NCBI GenBank assembly: GCA_964016885.1
Contig: OZ024743.1
Span: 30,380,001 to 30,444,000, forward strand
Reading direction: 5' to 3'
Source: Eledone cirrhosa
Lineage: Eukaryota
DNA: 64,000 bases
A program made the translations under genes and the position numbers. This document shows positions 26,211 through 39,353 of the stretch, piece by piece. Numbering within the stretch: the first letter of the stretch is position 1; each line of letters opens with the position of its first letter. The notes below the pieces were generated by a model. It was not told the origin of the DNA. It was given only the letters and a program-made list of their open reading frames with translations, and made no database searches.

Positions 26211-26344
26211 TTTTGTTGTTTTTTTTTTAAATTGTTATTATCATGAGTGGTTCCTTAATGTGAGCATTGCGTGGCTTACGAATCAAATTATTAATAATTG
26301 TCTCCACTCCAGGCGCAAGGCCAGCAATCACCCAGTGCATTACA

Positions 26345-27174
26345 ATAATATAATATACTTTTTGTTGTAGTTGGCTGTTATTGTTGTTGGCTATGTCGGT
26401 GGTGGTGCCGGGGCTTTTTATATTGTTGGTGAGGAAGGGGTGAGCCAGCAGTCCCATAGTTGTTGATATTGACGTTTGGCCTTGGCCCGGTCACTAAGTC
26501 GATCTATTTATATCTTTAGCTAGCCTCTCCCTTGTCTAGTGATACCGCCACCTTCCCCTTTCTCTCTCAAGTTAACAGGGGAATAGTGGTGGTAGCATTG
26601 AAGGAGTGGTGGCGGCGGGGAGATGTGGGAGACAGTAGCGGCGGTATCGATACTGAGACAGTGGTGTGGTGATGTCGATACCGAGGCAGTGGTGGTGGTG
26701 GTGTGGTCGTATTACTGTAGTGATGGTGTTGTAGCGGTGGCAGCAATAAAGGAGTGGTGGCGGCGGTGATGGGATAGTGGTGGTAATGATGGCAGTAGTG
26801 AGTGGTGGTAGTGAAATTGCCGTTATTTGGCTGTTGTGTTTAGTGTACACAGAGAGGTGATGGGGTAGGTGTTGTATCTAGTTTCTGGTGTTGTTTGGCT
26901 GTCCTATATAGCGTAGACAGTGGAGGGGGGGGTTCTTCCATTTATAGCCATTTTCTTTCTTGAATATACAATGTACAATACAAAGTTGAATATTTGAATA
27001 TTTGAGCCTTATAACAATATATTTTGGGTCCGAATTTTTTGGGGCTCAAGCCGGATGCTTTACGTAGCATTTGTACTAAGAGTTGTTATTTCACAAATGA
27101 TTTAAATATGTTAAAAATTCAAAACTTACGGGAGCGATTTCATGACCTTCCGCCACCTCGTGCGTCTTCTTCCC
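26345..27174 (-). mobile_element. 5' segment (5'UTR + decayed ORF1 start) of a second L1/Tx1-like family ('X', copy 1)
   Basis: Starts at (TAA)n with GGGAAGAAGACGCACGAGGTG. AAAATGGCTA start context like the Tx1 copy at 39354; P/T-rich continuation; repeated at 30700-31641 and 38870-39095. Confidence 0.55.
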
Positions 27175-27193
27175 TATTATTATTATTATTATA

Positions 27194-27253
<60 letters not shown>

Positions 27254-27263
27254 GTTGTTGTTA
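27175..27263. repeat. (TTA)n microsatellite
   Basis: Direct reading; similar tracts at 31643-31703, 35551-35575 and 39100-39147. Confidence 0.95.
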
Positions 27264-30200
27264 TTCCTTGAATCTCAGTCATTGATGTTGGTTAACTGGA
27301 AAGTCCGTTGGAATGAATATCAAGCCACTACCTGCAGCCTCAGATATTCAGGACGTATCGGAGGGTTCTTGTTGTTCCAAGCAAGCATGCCTTTTGAAGC
27401 GTTCCAAAAAGCGTGAAGGGGCCGATTTTCTTTAACCATCCCTGGAAACTTTTGGAGATAGTCCCCAGTGCGCCTATGACAATCGGGCTCACTTTGACTT
27501 CATGTCAGTTCTAAATCCTTTTCACCTCCCACTTTAGGTCCTGGTATCGGTTAATTTTCTCCCTCTCCTTCTCTTGCACCTTCGTGTCGAACGGGCAGGC
27601 CACATCCACAATCATACACGATCTTTTTTCTTTGTCCACAACCACCAGGTCTATTTTGTTCCAGTTTTTTGTCCGTCTGTATCCTAAAATCCCACAGCAC
27701 CTTCACCTGATTGTTCTCCATCACCGCCTCTGGCCTATGCTCATACTATTTCTCAGAATGTGGTAAATTGTTTACTTTGCATAGGTGCCCGTGGATCACC
27801 CTGCCCATCACATCATGTCTCCAGCCCTTATAGTGGGTCTGGGCTAGGTGTTCACACTCGGACACAGGGCCTGCTCCTGCGCAGCCATTAGCATTCCTTC
27901 TGTAGCCTTTTTGAGGTCTCCTCTTCTCAACCAGTTCCATTTCTGTGGATCTCTAAATTCAGTTTTCTCAAAGAAGGTACTATGAAGGGATTTTCCCTTA
28001 AGGCTGCTCTTCCTCCTTGATGTTATTTCCTCCTTGGACATCCCCTGGCCTACTGTCCCCTCCTTCAGTACAGTTCTGAGCATTGGCTCCTTACTATAGG
28101 TCACGTATTTGTATAGGTTGTTTTTCTCCATCTGAACACAGTCCTCTATGCTGATAAGATCTCTTCCACCCTCAGATCTCCTTAGGTAGAGTCTATCGAC
28201 ATCACTCCTCTTGTGGAACATGTTGTAGATAGTCAATAGCTTCCTAGTCTTCCTATCCATTTCTTTTTGTTCAGCAACATTCCATCTCAGAATTCCCGCA
28301 CTGTACCTAATAATAGACACAGCTCGGGAATTTACTGCGCTTATGGCATTTCTGCTGTTCAGATGTGACTTCAATACGCTCCTTACTCTCCGAATGTATT
28401 CAGTTCTTAACAATTCCTTCATTTTTTTGTTCTTTATGCCATCAGCCTCCAGAACCCCCCAAATACTTGTATCCTTCCTCAGAGTCAATTTCCTTTATCA
28501 TCTCACCTGTTGGTATCTGGATCCCGTTACTTCTGCTCAACCTACCCCTCTTCATCACAATGACTCCACATTTACCAATACCAAACTGCATACATATATC
28601 ACTGCTGAAAATACGGACAGTGTCAACAAGCACATCCAACTCCTTCTCACTTTTCCCGAAGAGCTTAAGATCGTCCATGAAGAGGAGGTGATTGATGGTA
28701 AGCTCTCCCCTTCCCAACTTGTATCCTGCTCTCACTTTTCGTAGCATAATGGTCAAGGGCATCAGGGCAAGGACAAACAACAGAGGGGACAGGCTATCTC
28801 CCTGGAAGATACCTATCTTGATCTTCACGCTTCCCAAGGATACTCCAGTTGATGTCAACTCTGTCTCCCAGGACCCCATACTCCTGCCTAGCAACTGTCT
28901 GATGTTATCTGCCACCTTGAAGATCTCCAGGCTTTTGGTGATCCAGGAATGGGGCACCATGTCAAATGCCTTTCTGTAGTCTATCCATCCCATGGCAAGA
29001 TCAGTGTGTCTCCTCCTGCAATTCCCCATTACCATCTTACCAATAAGCAACTGGTCCTTTGTACCACGTGACTTCTTTCGGCATCCTTTCTGTTCGTCCG
29101 GTAACAAGTTGTTTGTGTGGAGGTGATGGTAGATTTCCTCAGACACAATGCTCGTCAACAGTTTCCACATTACGGACAGACATGTGATAGGTCTATAGTT
29201 GGTAACATCATTACCCTTGATTCGGTCTTTCATTATCAGAACTGTGGTACCTTTTGTCAACCCCTCTGGCACCTCACCCGACACCAAGCAGTCATTGAAC
29301 ATGGCCGTCAGCTTCGGGTGGAGGGATGTTAAATGTTTAATCCAATACCCCTGCACACCATCTGGGCCTGGTGATTTCCAGTTGGTTAGTTTTTTGGCCT
29401 GCCCCTTAAGAGTTTCAACTGTGATACTCAACTCAGTTTGTTGTTGTGCCTGCTCACCGATCTCCCTCTGTACTGTCTCAATCCACCCTGCCTGGGCATT
29501 GTGTCTAACATCCTGCTCCCATATTCCTCTCCAGAATGTTTTAGTTTGCTCCGCCCCAGGTATCAAGTCGTTGCCTCTTTCTTTCCCCTCAAGCTGTCCA
29601 AACATCATCTTCTGGTTGTTGTCGAACATGCGGTTCTGTTTATACTGACTGACTCTGTTCTCGTATCACCTGATTTTTGCACTCTTTGCTACAATGCGTT
29701 GCTTCAGTTCCTCTATGATAATATTTAGCTTTTTATTTATCAAGCTTTCCTATGTCATTTCTCATTTCCCCGATTTGCCCACTCAGTCGCTTCTTCCACC
29801 ACGGCTCTGCTCTTTCTTGTCTGTTGTTTCCTCTCGCTTTTATACCAAGTAGTTTCCTCACCGTATTTGCTGTTGCTTTGAGGATATTGTTGCACTGGTG
29901 AAGGCTCCTCGCCTCAAGGTATGGGATGACTTTGTTTACCTTAGCTGTTGTTTCTTTTAACTTTTTCCTGTCTACAAATCTTAGGTTCATAGGTCTCCCA
30001 CTATCATTGTTCAATTCATCTACCACTAAATTTAGGATGTCAACCGAATCTTGTCCTAGCCCGTCAGCATTCATCTCCTCAGTGGCCGTATCTCTGTTCC
30101 AGGTATTATTTATCTCAGTATTCAGATCATTGTCTGCTTCGGGTGGTTCCTCCGTTCTCAGGACCTCTTCACCTTCATTTCCCACTGGCTCGCTTGTCTG

Positions 30201-30700
30201 GCATACTACACCCGCCATCTCCAAGCCATTCTCTCTGCTCAGTTCCTCCAGTTCCAGCTCGCTTATCCATCCATTAGTTCTTATTACCCGAGCCTGCCCG
30301 GCCAATTTTTGTTCATCTAATTTAAATAAACCAATCTCGTTCCAGATGTTATGCATCCGTCTCCTGTAGCCCCTCTCCTTGGGGTTACTTTTCAGGTAAC
30401 ATTGCATAACAGTTCTATTCAATTCTTTCGTCCAGTTGGTTCTGGCCCCTTTCCTTCTTCTCCTTCCTCCAACATCAGCAGTATTTGGTTGACAGTCAGG
30501 TTCCTGCTGCTGAGCCAGGGGGCACCTGTTGGGTGAGAGTCTGTCACATGACGTTCTAGACTCCATTTCACCGTTATTCGAACTGTTTATGTTCGATATT
30601 TAAACACTCTTATCGAGGATTGGCGAATGTATGGTTACATATCCATCTGTGGATCCGCCATTCCACTTGGCCCTTGTGTGGCATTATCACCACGCTGTAT
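27264..30700 (-). mobile_element. R4/Dong-clade non-LTR retrotransposon, near full length, disrupted (copy B)
   Basis: ORFs 29733-30566 (NWTKELNRTVMQCY), 28442-29629 (WIDYRKAFDMVPH, GIFQGDSLSP, HLLFMDDLKLF) and 27844-28488; RLE remnant ~27350-27800. Confidence 0.92.
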
Positions 30701-31641
30701 ACGAACACACATAAACAAACAAACATACGGGCAGAAAGGGACCCAAAAATGAATAAGCATAAGTTTCATTGTAATGTAGTGTTCGAATGTCTGACTTAGT
30801 TTTTGTTTTTTAAGTTTTAGTTTTTCCCCCCTCTTCTCTGTCCGTCCGCCTGCTTCTCTCTTCATTCTTATTTTCTTTACGTTTTGGGGGTTTCTTTTTT
30901 GTTTTTGTTTTTCTCTGTTTGTTTTTCTCGTTTTTGCTGTTGTTGCTGTGCTGCTTTGGTTTTGTTGTTTGTTTTTTCTTTTTTCTTTTGAGTCTATCTA
31001 TATATTTTGATGCCTTCCTCTTTGTTAGTAGTAGGAATTCTATAATGTGGAAGTAGCAGCCAGCAGGGAGAAGTGGGAGACTGGCGGTGGTAGCGATACT
31101 GAGACAGTGGTGGTGGTGATGTCGATACCGAGGCAGTGGTGGCGGTGATGTGACCGTATTACTGTAGTGATGGTGCTGTAGCGGTGTCAGCAGTGAAGGA
31201 GTGAAGGGGTGGTGGCGGCGGTGATGGGATAATGGTGGTAATGATGGCCGTAGTGAGCGGTTGAAAATGCCGTTATCTGGCTGTTGTGTTTAGTGTACAC
31301 AGATGATGGGGTGGGTGGTGTATCTAGTTTCTGGTGTTGGTGAGTTTGGCTGTCCTATATAGTGTAGACAGAGGAGATGAGGGGGGGGGGGGGGGGTTAT
31401 TCTTCCATTTGTAGCCATTTTCTTTTTTGGATATACAGTGTACAATACAAAGTTGAATATTTGAATATTTGAGCCTTATAACAATATATTTTGGGTCTGA
31501 ATTTTTTGGGGGCTCAAGCCGGGTGCGTTACGTAGCATTTGTACTAAGAGTTGTTATTTCACAAATGATTTAAATATGTTAAAAATTCAAAACTTACGGG
31601 AGCGATTTCATGACCTCCGTCACCTCGTGCGTCTTCTTCCC
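30700..31641 (-). mobile_element. 'X' 5' segment, copy 2
   Basis: 31080-31641 aligns with 26620-27174. Confidence 0.6.
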
Positions 31642-31703
31642 TTTATATTATTATTATTATTATTATTATTATTATCATTATTATTATTATTATTATTATT
31701 ATT

Positions 31704-34700
31704 GGCGACCTACGTAGTAAATCGTATCATCGTGAGCTCCGCAAAGGTTTGTTATTTTCAGTTGTTTAAAATTGCCATTTATGGACATTTTTTATTGTTA
31801 ACTGTATATAAGTGCACATACATGGATTTCTGAAAAGGACACTTAAAAATATTGGGCCCAAAATTTAAACTTTTATAATTATCAAACAAAAAGATTTTCT
31901 TTGAAAAATAATGGATGACTCAGTGGCACTCCTTCCTCACAATCCAACACCTCACACCGACAGCACCATTAGAACATAGATGTAGTGGCCATCAGCGAGA
32001 CCAGAATCTCCGAAGAACGGGCCTTCGCACCGATCTTCACCGGCTACGATGTGTACGCATCTCCCAGCCGTCCGGGATCGGGGGTAGGATTTGCTGTGCT
32101 TTTTCGGAGAGGTTAGGATTTCGCCATACGGGCCATCTTCCTAACCCCAGAAGGTAAGTTGGTGGTGGTAGACTTGACCAGTGGAGACGGCTAAGCTTGC
32201 AGGTTAGTGGCCGTCTATGCCCCGACAGGAGCAGGGCGGCCTGATTTCTTCCGGCGTCTGGAGACCTTTCTTGGAACGTCCCGCTCTTTAGTGTTAGTGG
32301 GCGACTGGAACGGGATCTTAGATGCACGCTGGAACTGTGTGGGATTAGCGGATAGGGGAGGAGGGTGCAAGAGCCTCACCAACCTGCTCAGGCGTTTTGA
32401 ACTGTCTGACAGGTACCGATTGGATTTCCCGAATGTGCCAATGTGGACTTGGACAAATCGCATAGGGTCATCCAGATCATATCTAGATAGAGTATTTTGT
32501 AGGGAAATAGATAGGTCTAGCATAGGCCGTCCACAATTCAAGATAGTCAGCTACACGGACCACGAATTCGTGATCTGTGTGCTTGACTTAGATAGGCTTC
32601 ATAGACGAGGACCCGGCTACTAGAAGCTAAACGCGTCCTAACCAGCGCGCAAGGCCTACAGAGATCGGATTAGCCAACTAGTTAATCGGGCGTTGACGGG
32701 GGCCATCATCAACAACAAGTGTTGGTTTGCTCTGAAAAGAGCACTTAGAATAGAGTCCATTAGGTTTAGTAAGGCTTTAGCAATAGAGAAAAATAGAGCA
32801 GAGGTAGAATTAGTTAGAAAATTAGACGAGGTGCCTAGCAAAGGCATCGCGACCGACATACTTGCGGCGAAATTGGCCCTTGACCAATTCTTCAATGCAA
32901 AGCACGAAGGCTGCGTTGTCAGAGCTAGGGGGCGTGCTCTCAGACACGAGGGAACGAAATCCATTCAATGGGCCCGAGTGGCGGAGGCGCGTCGTGGCAA
33001 CAAAGCCACAATCCGGTCTTTGGTGGACAACGACGCGCACATGCTACTCGAACCCGGGAAAACGTGTGAAGCTTTTAAGCGACACTTCGCTCAGTTGTTC
33101 AGGGGAAGCGGCGGGCCGGATCGAGGGATGGACTTTAGTGTCTACCTTGACGGACTGCCGCAGCTCTCGGCCACTGAAGCGGATTGTTGCGAAAAGCCGA
33201 TAACAGCCGTTGAAGTACGGGAGGCAATGACTAGCTGCACATGGGGTAAATCGCCTGGTTTGGATGGTCTGCCTTATAAACTTTACGTACAGATGCCATA
33301 CTTGTTCGGAGGCCTCTTGGCGGATGTCTACTGCAACTGGCAACAGAACAGGAGAATTCCCAGCTCTATGAGCCGAGGAGCTGTGGCGCTGCTGAGAAAG
33401 GATCCCGACAAGGGGGATAACATAGATAATTTTAGGCCCATAACTCTGCTAAACACAGAGTTCAAGATTTTGGCCAAGGTGCTAGCAAAGATGTTGGCGC
33501 TTGTCGTTGGTGATCTGGTGGGAGAGGCGCAGACATGCGCCATTCCCGACAGATCCATACACGACAAATCCACCTCATGCGAGACATCGTAGAGAGGGTA
33601 GCTAGGGAACCTGGCACGGGTGGGTCGTTCATCAATTTAGATCAGTCGAAAGCTTTCGATAGGGTCGACCATCGTTACCTAGCGGCGGTCCTGAAGGCGG
33701 CTGGCTTTGGGCCCGTCTTCAGAGGCTGGATCGCTGCCATGCACAGCGACATCTGCTCTGTGGTGAGAGTGAACGGTCACCTTTCAGAACCGTTCAACAT
33801 CATGCGCTCGGTCTGCCAATGATGTCCCCTCTCGTCCCTCTTGTACGTATTGACTCTCCAGCCATTACTGCACAAACTGGAGACGTTGAGGGGGGTCCCG
33901 CGCGAACTAGGATGCGGAAGATCCGTGTCAGCATATGCGGACGATGTCACCGTAGTGGTGTCGAACGCCAAACACTTAGAGGCAATCGGTACTACATTAA
34001 GAGAATACGAAGCGTTGACAGGAGCAATGATCAACCAGAAAAATGTCAGTGGGCCTGAAGCTCGGCACCTGGAGAGGCAGGTCCATGCCCTCCAACAGCG
34101 TCGTCGGGCGCTGGACGGACGGACCAGTTTAATTGCTCTGGGTCTGGTTCGTTCCGGATCTCCCGACGGACAAAAACTGGGACGAGGTGCCGAGCAGGGT
34201 GGCTTCTCTCACGCAGAAATGGGCCGAGAGGAAGCTATCCCTGAAAGGTCGAGCGGACGTGGCTAACGCGCACATCGCGTCTGTCATCTGCTACCGCCTG
34301 ACCGTCGTACCTTGTACTGAGCCCCGACTGACTGCTCTGGAGCGTTTGCTCTTTCGCTTTTTGTGGAAGGGACGCGCTCCGATGGTCAGGCGGTCCATCT
34401 GTTGTCAACACGCGCTACGTGGATGGCTGGGCATGCCGTGGCTGATGATGCGCAAGTACGCGCTTAGGCTACGACATATCCACCTCTTCCTCGACGGTGA
34501 TTAGGTGTGGTCGCAATTTGCTAGACACGTATTTCCCCAGCTCGTTTCCTTGAAGGAGCTGCAGTCCTGGGTCAAGCGAAGACCAAGAGAGAGCGCCTGG
34601 AGACTGGAATGTCTTCAGGCGCTCACAGCCCTCGACCAATCAGGCAATGTGATCGGTGGAAAATCCACCTCGGCATTCTATAGAGGATTAGTGGTGTGAA

Positions 34701-35550
34701 GAGCCACGACGTACTTGGGGAAACTCTAGGCGTCGAAAAAAATCAACTAGCCAATCTCTTCGGAAGAACTTTCGGGCCGGGGCCTATGGATAACTTCCAG
34801 AAATCTCTGGCCTGGCAGTGCTATCGAGGAGACTTGCCAGTTCGATATAAACTCTATAGGCATGGAGGTGCCGTCAGCCGGGCATATCCGAGATGCACTC
34901 AGGGCGACGAAACCGTCCTGCACGCACTCGTCAAGTGTCCGAAAATTGCTGACTTCTGGGTTTATGTCGAACACCTGCTGTCGCTTGTAGGACGGATCCG
35001 GCTATCATCTGAGTCCATCGTGAGGATTGCCGCGCCCTCTTCCTTTAGCCGGGAAGGGCAGACAGTTTTCGTTTTTTGGAGGCCATGGCGAAAGAGATAG
35101 TATGGTGGACACGTTTGAAAGGGCATAAGACGAGCACTTACCTTTTCGGTGATGCCCTGATTAACTTTTTCAAATTTCATTTGAAAAGGAAAATCGGGGT
35201 AGAGAGGAAAATGCTCTCTTCCCAGCATTTTGTTGAAAGATGGGTGACAGAGGCAAGAATGGCCCGAGTGAATGGGCCTACTCTGAGTATGTGTCTGTAA
35301 ATTAAAGGTGGAAAACTGGGGGAGGGCACTTGCCCTGTTGGTCAGGGTCACTGTGGCTTTTTAACGGGCTTTCTCCACAAATGTCCCTCGGAAGTCTCCC
35401 CCCTATTGGAGAATGTTTTCATTGTTCTATTATTACATCCTCTGTTTCTTGTTTTTTACACGCAGAAATGCCCATTTGTACCGCCCCGTATTGTCCTGTA
35501 CTGTCCTTAATATCTACTTTATGTAAACCCTTGCGGTTAATAAAGAAATC
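31704..35550 (+). mobile_element. L1/Tx1-clade LINE with ~2 kb internal deletion of ORF1; ORF2 (APE, RT, Cys-rich C-terminus) disrupted
   Basis: AVYAP, GDWN, SYLDRV, TDH (APE); KSPGLDG, FRPITLLN, LDQSKAFDRVDH, YADD (RT); PRC..ETVLHAL..C; 3' AATAAAGAAAT then (TTA)n. Confidence 0.92.
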
Positions 35551-35575
35551 ATTATTATTATTATTGTTGTTATTA

Positions 35576-38500
35576 CTCTTTGAGTTTCAGTCACTGATGT
35601 TAGATAACTGGAAAGTTTGTTGAAATGAATATCAAGCCACTACCTGCAGCCTCAGATATATTCAGGACGTATCGGAGGGTTCTTGCTGTTCCCAGCAAGC
35701 ATTCCTTGTGAAGCGTTCCAAAAAGCGCGAAGAAGCCAATTTTCTTTAACCATCCCTGGAAACTTTTGGAGAAAGTCCCTAGTGCGCCTATGACAATCGG
35801 GATCACTTTGACTTCATGGCAGTTCCAAATCCATTTTACCTCCCACTTTAAGTCCTGGTATCGGTTAATTTTCTCCCTCTCCTTCTCTTGCACTCTCGTG
35901 TCGAATGGGCAGGCTACATCCACAATCAGGCACGATCTTTTTTCTTTGTCCACAACCACCAGGTCAGGTCTATTGTGTTCCCGTTTCTTGTCCGTCTGTA
36001 TCCTAAAATCCCACAGCACCTTCACCTGATCGTTTTCTATCACCGCCTCCCGGCTTATGCTCATACCACTTCTCAGAATGTGGTAAATTGTTTACTTTGC
36101 ATAGGTGCCAGTGGATTACCCTGCCCATCACATTATGTCTCCAGCCCTTATAGTGAGTCTGGTCAAGGTGTTTACACTCGGATACAATGTGAGCCACAGT
36201 CTCCTCTCTCTCTCCACAGATCTTGCACAGTGGGCTAGCCTCCTCCTTGTAAATATGGTGTTTCAACCACTTCGTGTCGAGGGCCTGCTCCTGCGCAGCC
36301 ATTAACATTCCTTCTGTAGCCCTTTTAAGGTCTCCTCTTTTCAACCAGTTCCATGTCTGTGGATCTCTAAATTCAGTTTTCTCAAAGAAGGTAATATGAA
36401 GTGATTTTTCCTGAAGGCTGCTCTTTCTCCTTGATGTTATCTCCTTCTTGGACATCCCCTGGCCTATTGTCCCCTCCTTCAGTACAGTTCTGAGCATTGG
36501 CTCCTTACTATCAGTCACGTATTTGTGTAGGTTGTTTTTCTCCATCTGAACACAGTCCTCTATGCTTATAAGACCTCTTCCACCCTCAGATCTCCTTAGG
36601 TAGAGTCTATCGACATCACTCCTCTTGTGGAACATGTTGTAGATAGTCAATAGTTCCATTTCGTTCTGTTCAGCAACATTCCATCTCAGAATTCCCGCAC
36701 TGTACCTATTAATAGACACAGCTCGGGAATTTACTGCGCTTATGGCATTCCTACTGATGTGACTTTAATACGCTCCTTACTCTCCGAATGTATTCAGTTC
36801 TTATCAATTCCTTCATTTTTTTGTTCTTGATGTCATCAGCCTCCAGAACGCCCAAATACTTGTATACTTCTTCAGTGTCAATTTCCTTTATCATCTCACC
36901 CGTTGGTACCTGGATTCCGTTACTTCTACTCAACTTACTCCTCTTCATCACAATGACTCCCCATTTATTAATACCAAATTGCATACATATATCATTGGTG
37001 AAAATACGGACATTGTCAACAAGCACATCCAACTCCTTCTCACTCTTCCCGAAGAGCTTAATATCGTCCATGAAGAGGAGGTGATTGATGGTAAGCCCTC
37101 CCTTTCCCAACCTGTATCCTGCTCTCACTTTTCGCAGTACACTGGTCAGGGGAATCAGGGCAAGGACAAACAACAGAGGGGACAGACTATCTCCCTGGAA
37201 GATACCTCTCTTGATCTTCACGCTACCCAAGGATTCTCCAGTTGATGTTAACTCTGTTTCCCAGGACTTCATACTTTTGCCCAACAACTGTCTGATGTTA
37301 TCTGCCACCCTGAAGATCTCCAGGCTTTTGGTGATCCAAGAATGAGGCACCACGTTAAATGCCTTTTTTTAGTCTATCCATCCCATGGCAAGACCAGTTT
37401 GTCTCCTCTTGCAATTCCTCATTACCATCTTATCAATAAGTAACTGGTCATTTGTACCACGTGACTTCTTTCGGCATCCTTTCTGTTTGTCCGGTAGCAA
37501 GTTATTTGTGTGGAGGTGATGGTAGATTTCCTCAGACATAATGCTTGTCAACAGTTTCCACATTACGGACAGACATGTGATAAGTCTATAGTTGGTAACA
37601 TCATTACTTTTGATTCGGTCTTTCATTATCAGAACTGAGGTACCTTTTGTCAACCACTCTGGTACCTCACCTGACATCAAGCAGTCATTGAACATGGTTG
37701 TCAGTTTCGGGTGGAGGGATGTTATATTTTTAATCCAATACCCCTGCACACCATCTGGGCCAGGTGATTTCCAGTTGGTCAGTTTTTTGGCCTTCCCCTT
37801 AAGAGCTTCAACTGTGATATTCAAATCAGTTTGTTGGTGTGCCTGTTCACCGATCTCCTTCTGTACTGTCTCAATCCACACTGCCTGGTCATTATGTTTA
37901 ACATCCTGCTCCCCTATTCCTCTCCAGAATGTTTTAGTGTTCCACCTCAGGGATAGAGTCGTTGCCTCTTTATTTCCCTTCAAGCTGTCCAAACAGCATC
38001 TTCTGGTTGTTGTCGAACATGCGGTTCTGTCTATACTGGCTGACTCTGTTCTCGTATCGCCTGATTTTTTCACTCTTTGCTACAATGCGTTTTTTAAGTC
38101 CTCTATGATAATATTTATCTTTTTCCTCCTAGTTTTGTACTTTATTTCCAGTCTATTTTTAGTGTCTATGTTTTTTAGTGTCCCATTCAGTAGGTACTCA
38201 AGCTTTCCAATGTAATTTCTCATTTCCCTGATTTGAACACTCAGTCGTTTCTTCCACCAAGGCTCTGCTCTTTCTTGTCTGTTGTTTCATCTCGCTTTTA
38301 TCCCAAGTAGTTTCCTCGCCGGATTTGCTGTTGCTTTGAGGATATTGTTGCACTGGTGAAGGTTCCTCGCCTCAAGGTATGGGATGACTTTGTTTACCTT
38401 AGCTGTTGTTTCTTTTAACTTTTTCCTGTCTACAAATCTTAGGTTCATAGGTCTCCCACTATCATTGTTCAATTCATCTACCACTAAGTTTAGAATATCA

Positions 38501-38850
38501 ACCAAATTTTGTCCTAGCCCTTCAGCATTCATCTCCTCAGTGGCCGTATCTCTGTTCCAGGTATTATTTATCTCAGCATTCAAATCATTGTCTGCTTCGG
38601 GTGGTTCATCCGTTTTCTCGACCTCTTCACCTTCATTTCCCACTGGCTCGTTTGCCTGGCATACTCCACTCTCCATCTCCAAGCTAATCTCTCTGCTCTG
38701 TTTCTCCAGTTCCAGCTCGCTTATCCACCCATTAGTTCTTATTACCCGGCCAATTTTTGTTCATCTAATTTAAATAGACCAATCTCGTTCCAGATGTTAT
38801 GCATCCGTTTCCTATAGCCTTTCTCCTTGGGCTTACTCTTCAGGCAACAT
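35576..38850 (-). mobile_element. R4/Dong-clade retrotransposon, copy C (same family as B)
   Basis: GIFQGDSLSP, HLLFMDDIKLF, CKICGEREETVAHIVSEC, RHN, NRPDLVV..IVDVACP..KINRYQDL. Confidence 0.92.
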
Positions 38851-38869
38851 TGCATAACATTGCATAACA

Positions 38870-39095
38870 TTTATAACCATTTTCTTTTTTGAATATAAAA
38901 TTTATAATACAAAATTGAATATTTGAGCGATATAACAATATATTATAGATCCGAAATTTTTTGGGACTCAAGCCGGATGTTTTATGTATCATTTGTACTA
39001 AGAATTATTATTTCAAAATTTATTTAAATATGTTAAAAATCAAAACTTACGGGAGCGATTTCACGACCTTCTATCCACCATGTGCGTCTTCTTCC
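38870..39095 (-). mobile_element. 'X' 5' segment, copy 3 (5'UTR only)
   Basis: Aligns with 26945-27174. Confidence 0.6.
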
Positions 39096-39116
39096 ATTCT
39101 TTATTATTATTATTAC

Positions 39117-39147
<31 letters not shown>

Positions 39148-39353
39148 GGCGACCTACGTAGTAAATCGTATCATCGTGAGCTCCGCAAAGGTTTGTTATT
39201 TCCGTTTGTTAAAAATTGCCATTTATGGAAAATTTTATTGTTAACTGTTTATAATCACACATACATTGTTTTCCGAAAAGGACACCCAAAAAGATTGGGG
39301 CCTTGTGCCCAAAATTTTAACTTTTATTATTATCAAAAATTTCTTTGAAAAAA

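Noticed and set aside
30600-30700. HDV-like ribozyme at the R4 5' ends (also 26050-26210)
   Set aside because: Expected from R2/R4 biology, and a TCCTCG is present, but I could not build the nested pseudoknot by eye
23098-38773. Plus-strand ORFs antisense to the R4 elements and minus-strand ORFs antisense to Tx1
   Set aside because: Shadow frames of the retrotransposon ORFs
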